Source: Rhodospirillales bacterium (GTDB taxonomy: Bacteria; Pseudomonadota; Alphaproteobacteria; Rhodospirillales; JAPHTL01). Taken from it: a DNA stretch of 37,416 nt. The stretch covers positions 1-37,416 of the forward strand of contig JAPHTL010000337.1 in the NCBI GenBank assembly GCA_026193355.1, given 5' to 3'. The position numbers were made by a program, and so were the translations under genes. Of the stretch, positions 22,788 through 30,737 are shown in pieces. The notes below the pieces were generated by a model. The model worked only from the letters and a program-made list of their open reading frames with translations. It did not search any database and was not told the origin of the DNA. Within the stretch, counting starts at the first letter, position 1. The number at the start of each line of letters is the position of its first letter.

Positions 22788-23360
22788 ATGGGTTTGATCG
22801 TTCGCGCGGCAGTCCTCACCCTTTCATTGTTCTGGTGCACAACCGTCACGGCGGGCGACGCCCCCCTGCGCTCAGACGGTATCCACACGCAACCATGGAT
22901 GAAATCCATGACATTCCTTGATTTCAAGGAAGACCTTGCCGAGGCGAAGGCCAAGGGAAAGGGGCTCGTCATGCTGTTCGAGCAGGTAGGCTGCGGCGCC
23001 TGTGAACGCCTGCACGTCGAGAACTTCTCAATTCCCGAGCTGGTCAAGACCGTGACCGACAATTACGAGATGATCCAGATCAACATGTTCGGCGACAACG
23101 AACTGACGGATTTTGACGGGCAGGTCATGAGCGAACGGGAACTGGCGCAAAAAATGCTCGTCAATTTCTCACCGACCACCATCTTTTATGACGAGAACGG
23201 CAAGGAAATCTTCCGCGTTCCCGGTTTCCTCAAAGCCTACTTTTATCAAAGTGCCTTCGAGTATGTCGCAGACAAGGGGCCGCAAAACAAACTGCTGTTT
23301 CCGCGATGGCTGAAGGCAAAAAGCGATCGATTGAAGGCTGAAGGGAAAACCCCGGGCTAG
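22788..23360 (+). CDS. soxW: Periplasmic thioredoxin-like protein SoxW (COG2143 type), copy 2
   Basis: Signal peptide and CxxC in FEQVGCGACERLH. It is collinear with copy 1 (DGIH.Q.W, DFKEDL/DLREDL, ELTDFDG/EVTDFDG). AGGAGG SD. Confidence 0.75.
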   Translation: MGLIVRAAVLTLSLFWCTTVTAGDAPLRSDGIHTQPWMKSMTFLDFKEDLAEAKAKGKGLVMLFEQVGCGACERLHVENFSIPELVKTVTDNYEMIQINMFGDNELTDFDGQVMSERELAQKMLVNFSPTTIFYDENGKEIFRVPGFLKAYFYQSAFEYVADKGPQNKLLFPRWLKAKSDRLKAEGKTPG

Positions 23361-23379
23361 GGTCAGAACCCTGGACCGA

Positions 23380-24315
23380 TCAGCCTGCGGCCAGCTTACC
23401 GCCCAGTTCGCCCAGAACGCGGGCCGCTTCTTCCTCTGGCACGCGACAAGTGCCCACGGCATCAAGGCCGCCACCGCCGTATTCGAGCATCAGGCTGCCG
23501 ATATTGAGGGTCGCGCTCCGATCAAGGATGGACCGGCCGACCGAGAATTCGATCAAGCCTCCAGAAGGCATTTTCTTGATCACCATCGAGGTATTCACCT
23601 CCGGGAAAAGGCCATAGATCATGAACCTGTTGCACGGGTGAATTTCTGTCTCGTTCCTGAGGTCAACGGTCAGGACCTTCCCCGCCACACTTGAACAGGC
23701 GCTTATCTGCATTTCGGCCTTTTCCTGATGCGCAATATAGACTTCAAGACGTTGCCGAACTTCAGGCAGGTCAAGAATTTCTCGCACATCAGGATTTTGG
23801 CAATAAACGACCAGATCCTGCATGAATTCCTCATGCGTCGTCGGCAGGTCGGCAGCCCTTTCAAGCCCCGTGCGCGGATCCATGAGGAAATTGAGAAGAG
23901 TCCAGTCGGACGGCGCGAGAATATCCTCGATGCCGTAATTGGCCGAATCCGCCTGATCGACTGCATCCATCATCTCGGTCGACACATTCGAAAACCGCGC
24001 CGCACCACCGTAATACTCGTAAACGACCCTGGCGGCGGACGGAGCCTTGGGGTTGTTGATCATGTTGTCTTTTGCGCCAACCCGCTCCAACTCGCTTCCG
24101 TGGTGGTCGAAGCACATATGGACGTCGGGAACATAGGGAAGATTGGCGGTCACATCGTCACCGGAAATCGCCACCTTGCCGTTCTGAACGTTCCATGGTT
24201 GCGCAAAATGAACCTTGGACGGTTTGATCAGCCCGACTTCGCGCAACAACACGGCGCAGACAACACCATCGAAATCCGGTCGCGTGATCAGGTTGTAGGT
24301 TTTTTCTTCGGCCAA
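23380..24315 (-). CDS. DHH-superfamily phosphoesterase (NrnB/COG2404-like)
   Basis: 311 aa. Motif I is RPDFDGVVCAVLL and the DHH motif is MCFDHHGS. TTG start at 24315 with GGAGGA SD. Family-level call only. Confidence 0.6.
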   Translation of the reverse strand: MAEEKTYNLITRPDFDGVVCAVLLREVGLIKPSKVHFAQPWNVQNGKVAISGDDVTANLPYVPDVHMCFDHHGSELERVGAKDNMINNPKAPSAARVVYEYYGGAARFSNVSTEMMDAVDQADSANYGIEDILAPSDWTLLNFLMDPRTGLERAADLPTTHEEFMQDLVVYCQNPDVREILDLPEVRQRLEVYIAHQEKAEMQISACSSVAGKVLTVDLRNETEIHPCNRFMIYGLFPEVNTSMVIKKMPSGGLIEFSVGRSILDRSATLNIGSLMLEYGGGGLDAVGTCRVPEEEAARVLGELGGKLAAG

Positions 24316-24421
24316 GGTTTCCTCCGACTTTTGCTTATCTGCACTTTCTTTTGTGTGGAACAGAGAAGGATAGCGCTCTATTGCCGTAACAACAATCGGC
24401 GCTTTTCATCGTTCCAAACAG

Positions 24422-25303
24422 CTATTTTTTTACGACAAGGGCAACGCCGAGAACAGCCACCGCCATGCCCATGATCGGCAGCCAGCCCATGGTTTCACCG
24501 AAAACGAAATAAGCGACAACCGCGGTTACCGGCGGGACAAGATAAAACAGGCTCGCAACCTGCGACGCAGCGCCGCGTTTGATGAGCATGAACAACAGGC
24601 TTATCGCACCAAGCGACAGGACTAGAACCAGCCATGCCATCGCAAAAATGAACTCACCCGTCCACTGGACGTTCATGGTTTCGAAGAAGGGGGCAAGCAT
24701 GATCATGGCAATGGCGGATACACCGAACTGTATGGCCGATCCCGAGCGCAAGTCCATTCCGCCCCCATGGCGTTTCTGGTAGAGCGTGCCAAGGGTAATT
24801 CCGATCAGGGCCAGAACGGCCAGAATTACACCGTTGATATGTGAGGCATCGAAAGAAAGTTTCCCGGCAACGACCAGAATAACGCCAGCCATTCCAAGGA
24901 AAAAACCCACCCACTGCCGCGCTGTGATTTTTTCACCGAGATACGGCCCTGCGGCAACAGCCGTCAGAAGCGGTTGCACGCCGACAATGAGAGCGGCAAC
25001 GCCCGCAGGAATTCCGTGGTGGATGGCGGAAAAAACCCCGCCGAGATACGTGGCCTGCACCAGAAGGCCCGCGATGGCGATATTGCCGGCCTCCGCCATT
25101 GTCCGCGGCCATGGCGCCTTTGTTATCAGGCACAGAGCCAGCAGAATGACTGTCAGGATCACGAAGCGTATCGACAGAAACGTGAGGGGTTCCGCGTATG
25201 GAAGGCCGAGCTTCGCACCGATGAAGCCGGTACTCCACAGCAGGACGAAAACGGCGGGCATGGAAACGATCCAAGCTTCAGCAATCCGGTTGTTGGTTTG
25301 CAC
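24422..25303 (-). CDS. EamA/DMT-family transporter
   Basis: 293 aa, about 10 hydrophobic helices arranged as two EamA repeats. A GTG start directly abuts the upstream stop; an alternative internal start is MPAVFVLL. Confidence 0.85.
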   Translation of the reverse strand: MQTNNRIAEAWIVSMPAVFVLLWSTGFIGAKLGLPYAEPLTFLSIRFVILTVILLALCLITKAPWPRTMAEAGNIAIAGLLVQATYLGGVFSAIHHGIPAGVAALIVGVQPLLTAVAAGPYLGEKITARQWVGFFLGMAGVILVVAGKLSFDASHINGVILAVLALIGITLGTLYQKRHGGGMDLRSGSAIQFGVSAIAMIMLAPFFETMNVQWTGEFIFAMAWLVLVLSLGAISLLFMLIKRGAASQVASLFYLVPPVTAVVAYFVFGETMGWLPIMGMAVAVLGVALVVKK

Positions 25304-26266
25304 CTAGTGTTCCTCTTGGAATGCGGTTTGAAAGCCTTCTATCGAATCCTTGATCCGTTCGGCCGATCTTTGGGCGGCCTTGTAGCCTTCCTCTATAATC
25401 TCTTTCGCTCGGTGAAACTCCATCAACCCTATATGTCCGAGACGCGGAATGACATTTACATCGGCGGGGTCACCGGCAAGACGGCTGCGGGCAATGCGAT
25501 CAAGAAGGATGTTCAGGGACGCCGCCATGACCCTGAACATGACGGGCGCTTCCGTACTTGCCCCCACAACCCGCTTCGCCATACCAAGAAGACGTTCGCC
25601 CGCGCCGGCATCATCCGCCTGTTCAAGGGCAAACGAAAGGCTTCCCGGGTCTGTTTCCGACTCATGATTGTACCGTTTCTTTCCAAGTAGGTCCCCGTTC
25701 ACATTGACGGCAATGACCACATCGGCGCCCAACGCATGGCATACGGAAACGGGCACCGGATTGACCATGGCGCCATCAACCAGCCAGCGCCCCCCGATCT
25801 TGACTGGTTTGAAGGCCCCGGGAAGGGAGAAGGATGCCCTGATGGCCCTTGAAACGCGGCCTTCGCGCAACCAGACCTCGCGCCCGTTTATGAGGTCGGC
25901 GGCAACGCAGATGAAAGGTTTGTCCAGCTCTGAAAATCGAATGCCACCGACACCTTCGTGAAGCATCCTTGTCAGTCGCGCACCGTCGACAAGGCCGCTG
26001 GTGAAGGAGAAATCGAGCTGCCGCCAGAGACTACGAGAGGTCAGGCTGGTCGCCCATTCCTCAACGGCGTGAAGCTTCCCCGCCAAATAAGCGCCGCCGA
26101 CCACGGCCCCCATGGAGGTCCCCACCACAACATCCGGAATAATGCCGGCCTCCTCCAATGCCTTGAGCGCGCCAATATGCGCAAAGCCGCGCGCCATTCC
26201 ACTGCCCAGGGCAAGGCCGATAACCGGTCTGGAGCGGTGGGGAAACGGCGGATCGTCATCGATCAT
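25304..26266 (-). CDS. Patatin-like phospholipase, RssA/YchK type
   Basis: Oxyanion GLALGSGMARG, nucleophile elbow GTSMGA, and catalytic Asp in LVDGAMVNP. Collinear by eye with E. coli RssA. Confidence 0.9.
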   Translation of the reverse strand: MIDDDPPFPHRSRPVIGLALGSGMARGFAHIGALKALEEAGIIPDVVVGTSMGAVVGGAYLAGKLHAVEEWATSLTSRSLWRQLDFSFTSGLVDGARLTRMLHEGVGGIRFSELDKPFICVAADLINGREVWLREGRVSRAIRASFSLPGAFKPVKIGGRWLVDGAMVNPVPVSVCHALGADVVIAVNVNGDLLGKKRYNHESETDPGSLSFALEQADDAGAGERLLGMAKRVVGASTEAPVMFRVMAASLNILLDRIARSRLAGDPADVNVIPRLGHIGLMEFHRAKEIIEEGYKAAQRSAERIKDSIEGFQTAFQEEH

Positions 26267-26268
26267 GG

Positions 26269-26832
26269 TTACTCGCCCTTCCAGCGTTCGGAGAGCGTGT
26301 GTTCAACGCCAAACTGATCGAGAACCTTGCCGACGCCCTGCGCGACGATGTCATCCACGGTTGCAGGCCGATGATAAAAGGCGGGCATGGGCGGCAGGAT
26401 AACAGCGCCCAGATCGGCCGCCCGGGCCATCAATTCAAGGTGTCCTTTGTGCAAGGGGGTCTCCCGGACCATCAGGATAAGCTTGCGCCTTTCCTTCAGG
26501 GTAACGTCGGCAGCGCGAGTCAGAAGGTTGTGGCTGTAGGAATTTGCGACGGCTGAAAGACTCTTGATGCTGCAGGGCGCGACAACCATTCCGGCGGTCA
26601 GGAACGATCCGCTGGCAATGGCGGCGCCCACATCCTTGTTGCTATGGCACTGATCGGCGAGCTTTCGCACAGCATCAAGCGAGACATCCGTCTCGATCGC
26701 AAGAGTCCGTGCGGCGCTTTCCGTAATGACAAGATGCACGGACCGTCCCGCCGCTTTAAGGGCGCGCAGAATCTCCACACCATAGATCGCGCCGGACGCG
26801 CCAGACAAGGCGACAACAAAAGGAAGGGACAT
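26269..26832 (-). CDS. ubiX: Flavin prenyltransferase UbiX
   Basis: 187 aa with VALSGASGAIYG, VVAPCS and LMVRETPL. GGAGAAAGG SD. Confidence 0.93.
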   Translation of the reverse strand: MSLPFVVALSGASGAIYGVEILRALKAAGRSVHLVITESAARTLAIETDVSLDAVRKLADQCHSNKDVGAAIASGSFLTAGMVVAPCSIKSLSAVANSYSHNLLTRAADVTLKERRKLILMVRETPLHKGHLELMARAADLGAVILPPMPAFYHRPATVDDIVAQGVGKVLDQFGVEHTLSERWKGE

Positions 26833-26903
26833 CGGGAAAGCCTTTCTCCAAGCCCCTTCATATTGGGGGAATTCTCAGCAAAGTCTAGGGTCAGAAGAAA
26901 AGA

Positions 26904-28019
26904 TCAAAAACGCGTGGAAAGGCTGACAATGCCGAAACGATCGGGATCGCCCTGTCCGTCGAATTCACGGGTGCGAAAGATCTGTGTATAGGCGAGCCGA
27001 ACCGGCCGACCGTATATCTGGAAAGACGTAACCAGACCCGCGTGAAAATCCCCGACGAAAACCTTTCGCTCAACATCGTGGCTTTCAGCAATCGTGTTGC
27101 CGTCGAGGAATATATTGTAGAGGACTGCGCGGCCTTCGAACCCCGCAAACAGGTACCAGCGAAAGGGATCCTCGCCTTTGGCCGGCGCTTCGACAAAATT
27201 CGATCCAGGAAGGCTTGGGCGGATTCGGGGCGGTCCGTAATCCATGTCCAGGCCGTCGCCAAAGCGAAACGTCACCCCTGCCGCCCCATAGGTAAAGACA
27301 TTGCCGATACTGCCCCCCCAGTTGGGAATGACATCGACTCGTGGCCTGTCCATGAAAACCGGCGTTATCAGTGAATCGGAAAGGTTCCAGCCCTTTTTGA
27401 ATTCGCCATCGTAGCTCAGCATGATGGCAGGTTCCGTCTTGACCTGATGTTGCCACCCCATGGGCTGTGGCGCATTGATGACGTGATGCCACCACTTCTG
27501 GATATCCTCGGCAAACGAGTAAGGGCCGACAACACCGAGGCTCAGCTCAACCCTGTCCAGTCGTTGCCACTCCGCCTCGGCATTCGCCTCGCCTTTCTTT
27601 GTTGTTTCAAGGGTGAAACCCGTCCCGAGGTAAAGCCAGCCAGCATAGGGGCGATCATTCACAAGAAGTTCGGTCGCGCTGATATCGCCGGGTGTGTACA
27701 TGTTCTGGCCGACGGCGATCGACAAACGTCCCGTTCGCGTCTTTGAATCGTCCTTGAGGGCGGGAAAAGACGGGATCCAGCCGACCTTGCCTGCCCAGTA
27801 ATCGATGTTGCGCGGCTCCGACATCCAGGCGGCGCGAAGGCCGTTGGTGTAGTGCCGATCGGTATCCGCGAAGTAGTCATTTTCAAGTTGAAGGCTGAAC
27901 GTTCCTGAAATTTTCGGGTCGGATCTGGCTGCCTCATCGCCCGCCGGGGATGGCGATGAAAAACCAGACAGTACAGCAGCCAGAGACAAAAACAGGACGG
28001 ATCGTGGGAAGAGAGCCAA
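26904..28019 (-). CDS. Lipid A deacylase LpxR-family outer-membrane protein (DUF2219)
   Basis: Signal peptide, then the family N-terminal block LQLENDYFADTDRHYTNGLR and a beta-barrel-like alternating pattern. TTG start with GAAGGTG SD. Confidence 0.75.
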   Translation of the reverse strand: MALFPRSVLFLSLAAVLSGFSSPSPAGDEAARSDPKISGTFSLQLENDYFADTDRHYTNGLRAAWMSEPRNIDYWAGKVGWIPSFPALKDDSKTRTGRLSIAVGQNMYTPGDISATELLVNDRPYAGWLYLGTGFTLETTKKGEANAEAEWQRLDRVELSLGVVGPYSFAEDIQKWWHHVINAPQPMGWQHQVKTEPAIMLSYDGEFKKGWNLSDSLITPVFMDRPRVDVIPNWGGSIGNVFTYGAAGVTFRFGDGLDMDYGPPRIRPSLPGSNFVEAPAKGEDPFRWYLFAGFEGRAVLYNIFLDGNTIAESHDVERKVFVGDFHAGLVTSFQIYGRPVRLAYTQIFRTREFDGQGDPDRFGIVSLSTRF

Positions 28020-28024
28020 TGTCT

Positions 28025-28378
28025 TTACACCTTCAAGGCCAGCAGTTTGGCCCGAACGTGATCGTCAAACCCCACGAAGATGGAGCCCGCCGCATCGAAA
28101 ACCGGTCTTTTGATCAGGGCGGGATGATCGAGCATCAGTGAAATCGAGCGCCTTTCATCGATGTCATCCCTTTCATCATCGGACAATTTTCGCCATGTCG
28201 TCCCCCTGCGGTTGAGAAGATTCTCCCAACCAACGGCATCCGCCCATACGGCAAGTGTTACCCGATCCAGCCCGTCCCTGCGCACGTCATGGAAGGAATG
28301 GGCGATATCCGCATCCTTGAGCCAGGAAAGAGCCTTCCGGCAGGTATCGCAATTCCGTATCCCGTAAACGGTTATCAT
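28025..28378 (-). CDS. ArsC/Spx/YffB-family protein
   Basis: 117 aa. [20 protein letters not shown]... and LIKRPV are typical of the ArsC-like thioredoxin-fold family. Confidence 0.85.
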   Translation of the reverse strand: MITVYGIRNCDTCRKALSWLKDADIAHSFHDVRRDGLDRVTLAVWADAVGWENLLNRRGTTWRKLSDDERDDIDERRSISLMLDHPALIKRPVFDAAGSIFVGFDDHVRAKLLALKV

Positions 28379-28689
28379 TCCGCCTCCTCAGGCGCTTTAA
28401 CGGCTTCATTCATGATCGCACGGGCAAGTTCAACATCGCGCATCGTCAGTCCGCCCGCATCGTGCGTCGTCAAAACGATATCGACCCTGTTGTAGGCATT
28501 CGTCCATTCGGGATGGTGGTTCATTTCCTCAGCCACCGATGCGACACGCGTCATGAAAGCAAACGCCTCGGCAAAATCAGCGAACATGAAAGAACGCTCG
28601 ATGCAATCACGCGCCGCGCCTTCACGCCAGCCATCAAGGCCGAACAGCGCGTCCTTTCTTTCAGTGGCGGTCAGACGATCAACCATCAT
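28375..28689 (-). CDS. 4a-hydroxytetrahydrobiopterin (pterin-4a-carbinolamine) dehydratase
   Basis: 104 aa with the signature [20 protein letters not shown]. It overlaps the downstream gene by 4 nt. Confidence 0.9.
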   Translation of the reverse strand: MMVDRLTATERKDALFGLDGWREGAARDCIERSFMFADFAEAFAFMTRVASVAEEMNHHPEWTNAYNRVDIVLTTHDAGGLTMRDVELARAIMNEAVKAPEEAE

Positions 28690-28695
28690 CCCGCC

Positions 28696-29361
28696 TCAGA
28701 ATGCGACCATACGCCACCAGCGGCTGGCCTCAGATGCCGTCCACTGCGGGCCGTGGCCACTGAACAGGACCGTATCTTCCGGTATTTCGGCGAGTAACCG
28801 GGTGATTGATTCGTGCAATTTCGTCGAATCACCGCCCGGAAAGTCGGTCCGTCCCACCCCCTGATTGAAAAGCGTATCCCCGGTAAAGGCGAAACCGTCG
28901 AAGACATAGCATACCCCACCCGGCGTATGGCCCGGCGTATGAATCACCCGAACATTCGCACCCGAAAACGACAACGTCGGCTCTCCCGTGAAATAGTCGC
29001 AACTGGAAACGCCGCGAAACCCGCCCTGCCCCATTGCCGTAGCAAACGACGGCGCCTGCCGCATAACGACATCCTCTTCGATATGAGCGCGGCAAGGCAC
29101 AGGCATGGCATCCTGGATATCGCAGACACCACCGATATGGTCAGGATGTCCGTGGGTCAGCAGAATTTCGTTCAACCCACCGCCGTCGGCATCGACCTTG
29201 GCCAGAATCCTGGCGGCATCACTGCCGGGATCGATCAGCAGTTGTTCGCCACCTACCCGATGGCGAACAACGTAGCAGTTTTCATAATAGGGCGGCGCGG
29301 TGACGACAACGGAAACGTCAAAATCACCGAACGTATGGACATCGTGGCTGGCGGACATCAT
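28696..29361 (-). CDS. MBL-fold metallo-hydrolase (glyoxalase II-like)
   Basis: Contains LTHGHPDHIGG, HTPGHTPGG and GDTLF. Start re-called to the ATG at 29361 (MMSASHDV, AAGGA SD). The 71 upstream codons in the track ORF are a C-rich non-coding extension. Confidence 0.85.
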   Translation of the reverse strand: MMSASHDVHTFGDFDVSVVVTAPPYYENCYVVRHRVGGEQLLIDPGSDAARILAKVDADGGGLNEILLTHGHPDHIGGVCDIQDAMPVPCRAHIEEDVVMRQAPSFATAMGQGGFRGVSSCDYFTGEPTLSFSGANVRVIHTPGHTPGGVCYVFDGFAFTGDTLFNQGVGRTDFPGGDSTKLHESITRLLAEIPEDTVLFSGHGPQWTASEASRWWRMVAF

Positions 29362-29717
29362 TGATCCTTGTTCAACGGGAAACGGCCCCCTGTAAAAGAA
29401 GACGCGATCATAAAGGGTTCGACCGTTGCAATGAATACCGCAATCATGAAGCGGCCATAAAATCGCCTGTGGCCGGTTACCGGCGCACCCGCATCCCCGC
29501 ACCCCACCCTTCGGAGTAGGAACGCCGCCACCCGCAAGGCTGCGCAGTGCTCCCCACCCGGGTGTTTCCCCCACCCCGAATAAAGTGCAATTTACATAAA
29601 AGTAGGGTTGAAGCAGTGAGAGGCGCCGGGGCCGAGAACCACACCAGGTGGAGGCCCATCATCGAATTTGCCCGTCGAACAATCTTGGCGCCCCCACGCC
29701 TTGGTATAAACGGGCAT

Positions 29718-29757
29718 GATGATAACCGGACGGAATAGACACCGCCCGGTTATCATC
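29718..29757 (+). promoter_or_regulatory. Perfect 12-bp inverted repeat upstream of the PRK genes
   Basis: GATGATAACCGG (29718-29729), a 16-nt spacer, then CCGGTTATCATC (29746-29757). It lies 70 nt upstream of the PRK ATG and has no following T-tract. Confidence 0.4.
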
Positions 29758-29826
29758 CCTCTTGAGGCCAACAGGGTTAACCTCGGCGCGCGCACAAGGC
29801 ACACCGAATCACCAGGAGCAACGTCA

Positions 29827-30714
29827 ATGTCGAAAAAGCATCCGGTCATCGCAGTCACCGGTTCGTCAGGCGCAGGCACCAGCACCGTCAAGGTCGCGTT
29901 CGAGCATATGTTCCGCCGTGAAAAGATCGTACCGGCCGTCATCGAAGGCGACAGCTTCCATCGCTACAACCGGGCGGATATGAAGAAGAAGGTTGCGGAA
30001 GCCGAGGAAAACGGCTGCCAGGCTTTCAGCCATTTCGGCGAGGACGCGAACCTGTTCGGTGATCTGGCAAGCCTTTTTGAAACCTACGGAAAGACCGGAT
30101 CAGGCAAGCGGCGGCTTTACCTGCACAACGAGGAAGAAGCGGAGCCCTACAAGAGCCTGAATCTCGGGGCGGGCGAGTTCACGCCGTGGGAAGACATCCC
30201 CGATGGAACGGATCTGCTTTTCTACGAAGGACTTCATGGCTGCGTAAAAACCGAGAAGGCCGACGTTGCAAGGCATGCCGATCTGAAGATTGGGGTTGTG
30301 CCGGTTATCAACCTTGAATGGATCCAGAAGATCCACCGTGATACAAAAACCCGCGGCTATTCGGAAGAAGCGGTCATGGACACGATCCTGCGCCGCATGC
30401 ACGATTACGTGCATTACATCATTCCCCAGTTCATCCTGACCGACATCAACTTCCAGCGGGTGCCAATCGTCGACACCTCCGATCCGATCATTGCGCGTGA
30501 CATTCCAACGCCGGACGAAAGCCTTGTCGTCATCCGTTTCAGGAAGATGGAACGCTTCAGCGTCGACTTCCCCTTCCTGCTCCAGATGATCAGCGGGTCA
30601 TGGATGTCGCGCCGCAATACCATCGTTGTTCCGGGTGGAAAAATGGGGCTGGCGATGGAGCTTATCCTGCAGCCGATATTGCACCAGATAATCCAGGACA
30701 AGACCAAGTCCTGA
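29827..30714 (+). CDS. cbbP: Phosphoribulokinase (proteobacterial Rhodobacter-type)
   Basis: MSKKHPVIAVTGSSGAGTSTV..., EGDSFHRYNR, NLEWIQKIHRDTKTRGYS and WMSRRNTIVVPG are near-collinear with Rhodobacter sphaeroides PRK. Start re-called to the ATG at 29827. Confidence 0.93.
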   Translation: MSKKHPVIAVTGSSGAGTSTVKVAFEHMFRREKIVPAVIEGDSFHRYNRADMKKKVAEAEENGCQAFSHFGEDANLFGDLASLFETYGKTGSGKRRLYLHNEEEAEPYKSLNLGAGEFTPWEDIPDGTDLLFYEGLHGCVKTEKADVARHADLKIGVVPVINLEWIQKIHRDTKTRGYSEEAVMDTILRRMHDYVHYIIPQFILTDINFQRVPIVDTSDPIIARDIPTPDESLVVIRFRKMERFSVDFPFLLQMISGSWMSRRNTIVVPGGKMGLAMELILQPILHQIIQDKTKS

Positions 30715-30737
30715 ACGGACCCAAGGGGAACACAGTC

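Noticed and set aside
25304-26266. The patatin-like phospholipase as a possible CBASS (CapV-like) or other defence effector.
   Set aside because: It is collinear with housekeeping RssA/YchK. There is no CD-NTase, cyclase, sensor or other defence partner nearby. It is embedded in a translationally coupled metabolic operon.
29415-29425. The GGGTTCGACCG string, which resembles a tRNA T-arm.
   Set aside because: I could not build an acceptor stem, anticodon arm or matching T-stem from the flanking sequence. It is an isolated motif match.
28696-29574. 5'-extended versions of real genes in the ORF track: MBL 28696-29574, kinase 10025-, PRK 29716-, PRK paralogue 30600-, glnS 34397-, soxZ to 19071, soxB to 17714, and the oxidoreductase to 8054.
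   Set aside because: The extensions overlap upstream genes or run through non-coding C-rich DNA, and they have no counterpart in homologues. Internal starts with Shine-Dalgarno sequences give N-termini that match the families.
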